Positions 57,580 to 64,000 of a DNA stretch of 64,000 bases are shown piece after piece. Within the stretch, counting starts at the first letter, position 1. The number at the start of each line of letters is the position of its first letter. The stretch is from Squalus acanthias. Lineage: Eukaryota. The notes beneath the pieces were generated by a model, which was not told where the DNA came from, did no database searches, and worked only from the letters and a program-made list of their open reading frames with translations. The stretch is from NCBI GenBank assembly GCA_030390025.1, contig CM059432.1, positions 3,348,001 through 3,412,000 of the forward strand, given 5' to 3'. The translations under genes and the position numbers were made by a program.

Positions 57580-58945
57580 GGGTATTAAAAGATGGTGAGG
57601 CAATTGTAGATGCTTTAGTCACGGTCTTTCAAAACACATGATTCAGGAATTGTCCCCTTGGATTGGGAAACTGGCAATGACACTCTGATATTTAAGAAGG
57701 ATGGTAGAGCGAAACCATGAAATTGTACGCCCATTAGTCCAACGGCAGTTACTAGAATCTGTTACAGTATTAGGGACCGAGTGACTAAGCATTTGGACAA
57801 ACATGAGCTGATCAGAGGATTTGTAAAGGGTGAGTCATGTCTAACGAACCTAATGTCGAAAGCAGGTCACTAACGTGGCAGATAAGAGATTGTCTTTGGA
57901 TGTTATTTGTATGGATTTCCAGAAGGCATTCAATAAGGTTCCACACAAGAAACTATTCGGAAAAGTCAAGGCGCGTGGATTTGGATCAACCTATTGGCTT
58001 GGACAGGGAATTGGTTCGGGGGGTACGTGACAGAGAGTAGGGATAATGGGTATGATCTCCAATTGACAGGATGTGACTAGTGATGTCCCCCAGGGATCTG
58101 TACTGGGGCCCCAGCTTTTCACTATATTTATCATTGACTAAGTTAGATGGCACAGTAAGTAGTGTAGACGGGAGCAGAAAGTTGCAAAAGGGACATTGAT
58201 AGATTAAGCGAGTGGGCAGAACTGCGGCAGATGCAGTTCAATGTGGGGATAGTGCGAGGAAAGTGTCTCACCTCCTGACTCCCCAAAGCCTTTCCACAAT
58301 CTACAAGGCACAAACCAGGAATGTGATGGAACACCCTCCACTTGCCTGGATGAGTGCAGCTCCGACAACACTCAAGAAGCTCGACACCATCCAGGACAAA
58401 GCTGCCCGCTTGATCGGCACCCCATCCACCACCTTAAACATTCACTCCCGCCACCACCGGCGCACCGTGGCTGCAGTGTGTACCATCTACAAGATGCACT
58501 GCAGCAACTCGCCAAGGCTTCTTCGGCAGCACCTCCCAAACCCACGACCTCTACCACCTAGAAGGACAAGGGCAGCAGGTGCGTGGGAACACCACCACCT
58601 CCAATTTCCCTTCTAAGTCACACACCATCCTGACTTGGAAGTATATCGGCCGTTCCTTCATCGTTGCTGGGTCAAAATCCTGGAACACCCTCCGTAACAG
58701 CACTGTGGGAGTACCTTCACCACATGGACTGCACCTTCTCAAGGGGCAACTAGGGGATGGTCAATAAATGCCGGCCTTGCCAGCGACGCCCACATCCCAT
58801 GAACGAATAAAAAAGTCATCCAAAGGGACCCAAGGGACAATGGGACCCAACAGAGTATTTTCTAAATGGCGAGAAGCTTGGGACTGTGGATAAACAGAGA
58901 TTTCAGAGTCAATGTACAGAAATCACAAAAACTAGTGGACCGGTT
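57580..58945 (+). mobile_element. Old degenerate CR1 RT region interrupted by the second LINE family (58253-58812)
   Basis: gatttccagaaggcattcaataaggttccacac (DFQKAF.KVPH), gtcccccagggatctgtactggggccc (VPQGSVLGP); ORF 58212-58616 for the insert. Confidence 0.8.
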
Positions 58946-59582
58946 CAGTGAGGTTTAAACCGAGGCCCCATCTGCTCTCAGGTGGACATAAAGATCCCAT
59001 GGCACTACTTCGAAGAAGAGCAGGGGAGATCTCCCAGTGTGTCCTGGGGCCAATATTTATCCCTCAATCAACATCACAAACAAAAAGCGGATTATCTGGC
59101 CATTATCACATTGCTGTGGGTGGGAGCTTGCTGCGTTGCATAGTGGGATTTTTTTTGTTTTAAATATAAAGAAAATGCAATGAGCTCACTTTCCTGACAA
59201 TTGTATGTGTACAACGACCCCCTGCAGTTTGGGGAATTGCCAATGCTTGGCTAAAAGGCACTGCGGCCCGTAGAGTCGATCTAGTTCCAGGTGAAGCATC
59301 TCTGGACTTAGTTGCTTCACCGAGACAGCCAGGCCTCCCTAAAACATTCTCCACTTGAATCCCGGTCCCCATTTGGTGTCCATTGAGGCGTCACCATCCT
59401 TTGCTCGTTGAAGTAGTAGAGGGATAAATATTGGCCCGGGACACCAGGGGAGAACGCCCCTGCTCTTCTTCGAAATATTGCCTTGGGATCTTTTACGTCC
59501 ACCCGAGAGAGCAGACGGGGTCCCGGTTTAACGCCGCACCTGTACCTGTCCACTAGTTCTTAGTGATTTCTGTCCATTGACT
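58907..59582. repeat. Inverted duplication of a CR1/Deu-SINE junction (arms 58907-59065 and 59419-59582)
   Basis: agtcaatgtacagaaatcacaaaaactagtggacc versus the reverse complement of tgtccactagttcttagtgatttctgtccattgact, each fused to the same SINE position. Confidence 0.8.
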
Positions 59583-59825
59583 GCTAAACCTACTACTTCC
59601 ACTTGCTGGGAAATTACGATGGTGCATAGCAAAATTTGCAGCCTTCTCGCTGGATATCGGTTCTAAGTGACCAATACACTGCATCTTCTATTGTTTAAGT
59701 TTCACTAATTTTGGGTTTTAACAAAACGTAAAATGTCTTGACTTCTGATCTGCCAGTAAGGTAAGCCATGGCTGCCATTTTTTAATTTTTCAGTTCAGTA
59801 CAAAAAGGGGTTGCTGTGGTTAATC

Positions 59826-60830
59826 ATAGAAATTTACGGCACAGAAGGAGGCCATTCGGCCCATCGTGTCTGTGCCGGCCGACAAAGAGCTATCCAGCCT
59901 AATCCCACTTTCCAGCTCTTGGTCCGTAGTCCTTGCAGGTTACGGCACTTCAAGTGCACATCCAAGTACTTTTTAAATGTGATGAGGGTTTCTGCCTCTA
60001 CCACCCTTTCAGGCAGAGAGTTCCAAACCCCCACCACCCTCTGGGTGAACAAAGTTCTCCTCAACTCCCCTCTAATCCTTCTACCAATTACTTTAAAGCT
60101 ATGACCCCTGATTATTGACTTCTCTGCTGAAGGAAATAGGTCCTTCCTATCCACTCTATCCAGGCCTGCTCATAAGTTTATCCATCTCAATCAAGTCTCC
60201 CCTCAGCCTCCTCTGTTACCCCCGTTAGCACCCCTCATGCTGCGGACAATCTTTGGTTCCTACGCCAACATGTGGAGGAAGATTAGTTGCTGGGAGTATA
60301 CGCACCAAGGCGAATAGCACGGGCGAGTTTGAGGGGAAGATAGATTAAGTCCGTGAGGGAGAACGGAATGGAAGGATCTAGAATCATAGAATCTCGCAGC
60401 ACAGGAGGAGACCATTCGGCCCGTCGTGCCTGTGCTGGCTCTTTGAAAGAGCCGTGTGTTTAGTCCCACAGTGCTGCTTTATGTCTATAGCCCTGTAAGC
60501 TCCTCATCCTCAAGTACCTCTCCAACTCCCTGCTCATAGAAATTCATAGATTCACAGCAACTTACAGCACAGAAGGAGGCCAACTGTTTTAAAATTATTG
60601 ATGGAATCAGCTTCCACCACCTTTTCAGGTCGAGCGTTCCAGATCCCGACAGCTCAGTAAAAACATCCTCATCACGTTTAAAAAGTACTTGGATACGCAC
60701 TTGAAGTGCCGTAACCGGCAGGGCCACGGTCCAAGAGCTGGAAAGTGGGATTAGGCCGGGGTGGCTCTTTGTCGGCCGGCACAGACACGATGGGCCGAGT
60801 GGCCTCCTTCTGTGCCGTAAATTTCTGTGA
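59826..60830. mobile_element. Cluster of CR1 3' fragments, including an inverted pair of one subfamily (59826-60215 minus, 60672-60830 plus)
   Basis: ORF 59834-60154 CR1 motifs; matching tails. Confidence 0.8.
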
Positions 60831-60939
60831 TTTCTCCTCATCTCGATCTTTCGCCGATGATTTGGAATCTATGACCTCTGGTTACTGACCCACTCGACAG
60901 AGGGAATAGTTTTTAATCTATCTAACCCGCTCATCATAA

Positions 60940-61160
60940 AAGAAAGAAAGACTTGCATTTCTATAGCGCCTTTCACGACCGCCTGGACATCCCAAAGCGC
61001 TTTACAGCCAATGAAGTACCTTTTTGAAGTGTAGTCACTGTTGTAATGTGGGAAACGCGGCAGCCAATTTGCGCACAGCAAGCTCCCACAAACAGCAATG
61101 TGATAATGACCAGATAATCTGTTTTTTGTTATGTTGGTTGAGGGATAAATATTGGGCCAG
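60940..61160 (-). mobile_element. Deu-SINE 3' half
   Basis: Matches the SINE tail. Confidence 0.85.
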
Positions 61161-61644
61161 GATATCTTGAAAACGCCCATTAGGTCACCTCATGTGTGCT
61201 GATGGGGTGAGATGAAGAGGGGTGGGAGGAGGCTCGTGTGGAGCAGAAACACCGGCACGGACCAGTTGGGCTGAATGGCCTGTTCCTGTGCTGCAGACTC
61301 GATGTACAATAGGTAAAGGCACCAAGTGAAACGTCAAGCGAGTTTCTGCTGAGCCTTTTGTAACACCCGCAGATGTTCACCAGGAAGTGCATCATTTAAA
61401 ATAATAAACCCCCAAAAACTGATGATAAAACCAGATTCCATTGTAACTGTTCATATCTTTGACACACTGCCTGAAAGATACACACAAATAGCTCAGCAAA
61501 GCTCGCATTTAGTGAAGCAATTTTAAAAAAGAGTAAATTTCAGAAGTAAACAGATGGGCAGATACGCTTGAGACGCCCCAACGGTCAAAATCTTATCACA
61601 AAAATGGGTTTCTACTGTTTCTGTGCTTTTTGTTTTATTTTTTT

Positions 61645-62175
61645 ACATAAGAAATAGGAGTAGGCCATTCGGCCCCTCGAGCCTGCTCCACCATTCAATA
61701 TGATCATGGCTGATCTGATCTTTTGGCCTCAACTCCACTTTCCCGCCCGCTCCCCATAACCCTCGACTCTCCTGTTTTTCAAAAATCTCCGCCTTGAATA
61801 TATTCACTGACCCAGCCTCCGCAGCTCTCTGGGGCAGAGAATTCCAAAGATTCACGACCCTCTGAGAGAAGAAATTCCGCCTCACCTCTGTTTTCAATGG
61901 GCGACCCCTTATTCTGAGACTGTGACCCCTGGTTCTAGATTCCCCCACGAGGAGTACTTTTTACGCAGCGAGTTGGTTTTGATCTGGAACGCGCTGCCTG
62001 AAAGGGTGGTGGGAGCAGATTCAGCAACAACTATCAGAAGAATTGGATAAATACTTGAAGCGAAAGAATTGGCAGGGCTATGGGGAAAGAGCAGGGGGGG
62101 AGTGGGACTAATCGGAGAGCTCGACCAAAGACAGGCACGATGGGCCGAATGGCCTCTTTCTGCACTGTAAGATTC
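61645..62175. mobile_element. Head-to-head CR1 3' fragments (61645-61947 minus, 61955-62175 plus)
   Basis: ORF 61643-61948 CR1 motifs; second tail ends cctctttctgcactgtaagattct. Confidence 0.82.
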
Positions 62176-62377
62176 TAATGAGGTGTTTCGTGCCAACATT
62201 AAGACAATCCGGTATCTTTGTCCTCGGCAAGCTTAATTTAAGAGAGGGCGCTATTTGTAATCTCACAAGGGGAGAATGGAAAGTGAACGTCTTAAAATAA
62301 AACTAATTTGATCAGGAAGTCATTGTGTTTTGTTTGAGGGATGAGAGTAGGGGGAGCAGGAGTCTACTTTTTTTTTA

Positions 62378-62605
62378 ATTCGCTTATGGGATGTGGGCGT
62401 CGCTGGCAAGGCCAGCATTTATTGCCCATCCCTAGTTGCCCTCGAGAAGGTGGTGGTGAGCCGCCTTCTTGAACCGCTGCAGTCCGTGTGGTGAAGGTGC
62501 TCCCACAGTGCTGTTAGGGAGGGAGTTCCAGGATTCTGACCCAGCGACAATGAAGGAACGGCCGATATACTTCCAAGTCAGGATGGTGTGTGGCTTGGAG
62601 GGGAA
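62378..62605 (-). mobile_element. Second LINE family 3' end
   Basis: Reverse complement of 35760-35985. Confidence 0.82.
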
Positions 62606-63719
62606 CAATGTTAACTGCACACGGTGCAAAGCGAGGATGCAGCATTAATTTGAGGGTATCAGATGTCTTTTCACAGGATCAAATAAAGTCAGGTCACACT
62701 CTCTCCTAATTTGAACTGATGGGCTTGTGAGGAGATCCCTTTGGAGCCAGGCACTGGAATGTGCTTCATTTGTTGTTCCACCCCTCCCAGCCACGCTGCT
62801 CCACCAGATATTTTGACCCGATATACCTTAAGCCGTAAACTATGAACCGTTAAAATACAAAGTGCAAATTTCTTGCCAACTGACACTTCACAAAACCGAA
62901 ACTACATGCGTGAATAGTGAGTCTGGGGTTTCGGACACTCGTTTCTCAATTACATTGATTGTAGTGACTGAATCCAGGGACAGACTTACTCCCGAACAGG
63001 GCAGCCGAGTTTTGGATGACCTCAGTTTATGTAGGGTGGAATGTGGGAGGCCAGCCAGGAGTGCGTTGGAATAGTCGAGTCCAGAGGTGGAGGGCCATCG
63101 TAACGGAGCCAACACTGGCCTCGTAGATGTCCACATAAGTTTTCCAGCTGCGGTATTATGGGATAGCTGTTAGGAGCAAGAAACCTTACACACAGGGTGT
63201 CCAAGCTCGTGTCCTTATGCCCACATCGATTTCTACCGCGGACCCTCACAGTTCACACGCATCGCTTGAATTGATGTTCACATTAATTCATACTTATTCG
63301 AAGTCGCTGATATGAACACATCTTTGAAATTTTGATTTAGGATTTATCCACCAATGAGGGACCAGCACGGAAGAAAAACCCCCTTTCCAAAGTCTCCAGG
63401 TTAACAAAGCTCACAGATCAAAGCAGAAAAAGAATAAGCACAAATGGGACCACATCGCCTGGGTTGTGAAGGGCAAATTGTCAGGGTTCAGGGGCTGCAT
63501 GTGACTCTCCCCATCCCACCGACTTCTCCCCTACCTCCAAACCACCCCCCTACTACCCCCCCCCTCCCCCAACCCAATGGCGCAGAAAGCAAATGGAGCT
63601 AGCGCCACTTAAAAAAAAATAAGCAGCTTTGGAGGACCACTTACATTAAACAAAAAAAATACAAGCCCGTTTTAGCTGAAACTGCAGGCAAGCCCCAAAG
63701 TTTTCTGAAGTGAAACAAA

Positions 63720-64000
63720 ATCTGACACCGAGCCACACAAGGAGATATTAGGACAGGCGACCAAAAGCTTGGTCAAAGAGGTAGGTTTTAAGAAATGTCT
63801 TAAAGGAGGAGAGAGAGGCGGAGAGGTTTAGGGAGGGAATTCCAGAGCTCGGGGCCCCGGCAGCTGAAGGCACGGCCGCCAATGGTGGAGCGATGGAAAT
63901 CGGGAATGCGCAATAGCTAGAATTGGAGGAGGGCAGAGATCTCGGAGGGTTGTAGGGTTTGAGGAGATTACAGAGATAGGGAGGAGCAGGGCCATGGAGG
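63720..64000 (-). mobile_element. L2 3' fragment
   Basis: Reverse complement of the L2 3' region. Confidence 0.85.

Overview
Repeat-saturated vertebrate genomic DNA, almost certainly from a cartilaginous fish (shark or ray), judged from its HE1-type V-SINEs, SacSINE1-like Deu-SINEs and dense CR1/L2 content. It is probably intronic or intergenic: I could not support any host protein-coding exon. Most of the window is nested, 5'-truncated retroposons: several CR1 subfamilies, L2 3' ends, a second CR1-group LINE, RTE fragments, a Vingi/Ingi-like relic, three tRNA-derived SINE families, and Penelope-like elements (PLEs) with a GIY-YIG ORF and minimal hammerhead ribozymes. There are also two MITE families, a G-rich VNTR fused to a 2.3-kb GA/CA tract, and a ~3-kb duplication across an N gap that is probably two uncollapsed haplotypes. 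Highlights: (1) TSD-flanked fold-back PLE mini-elements, one with complete hammerheads on both strands; (2) a ~245-bp unidentified core, ~97% identical in two copies 46 kb apart, bracketed by outward-facing CR1 tails; (3) a series of V-SINE copies that appears to record tail replacement, paralleled by a double-tailed CR1 subfamily. Boundaries are read by eye (about +/-10 nt unless a TSD is quoted), and family names come from motif recognition, not database searches.
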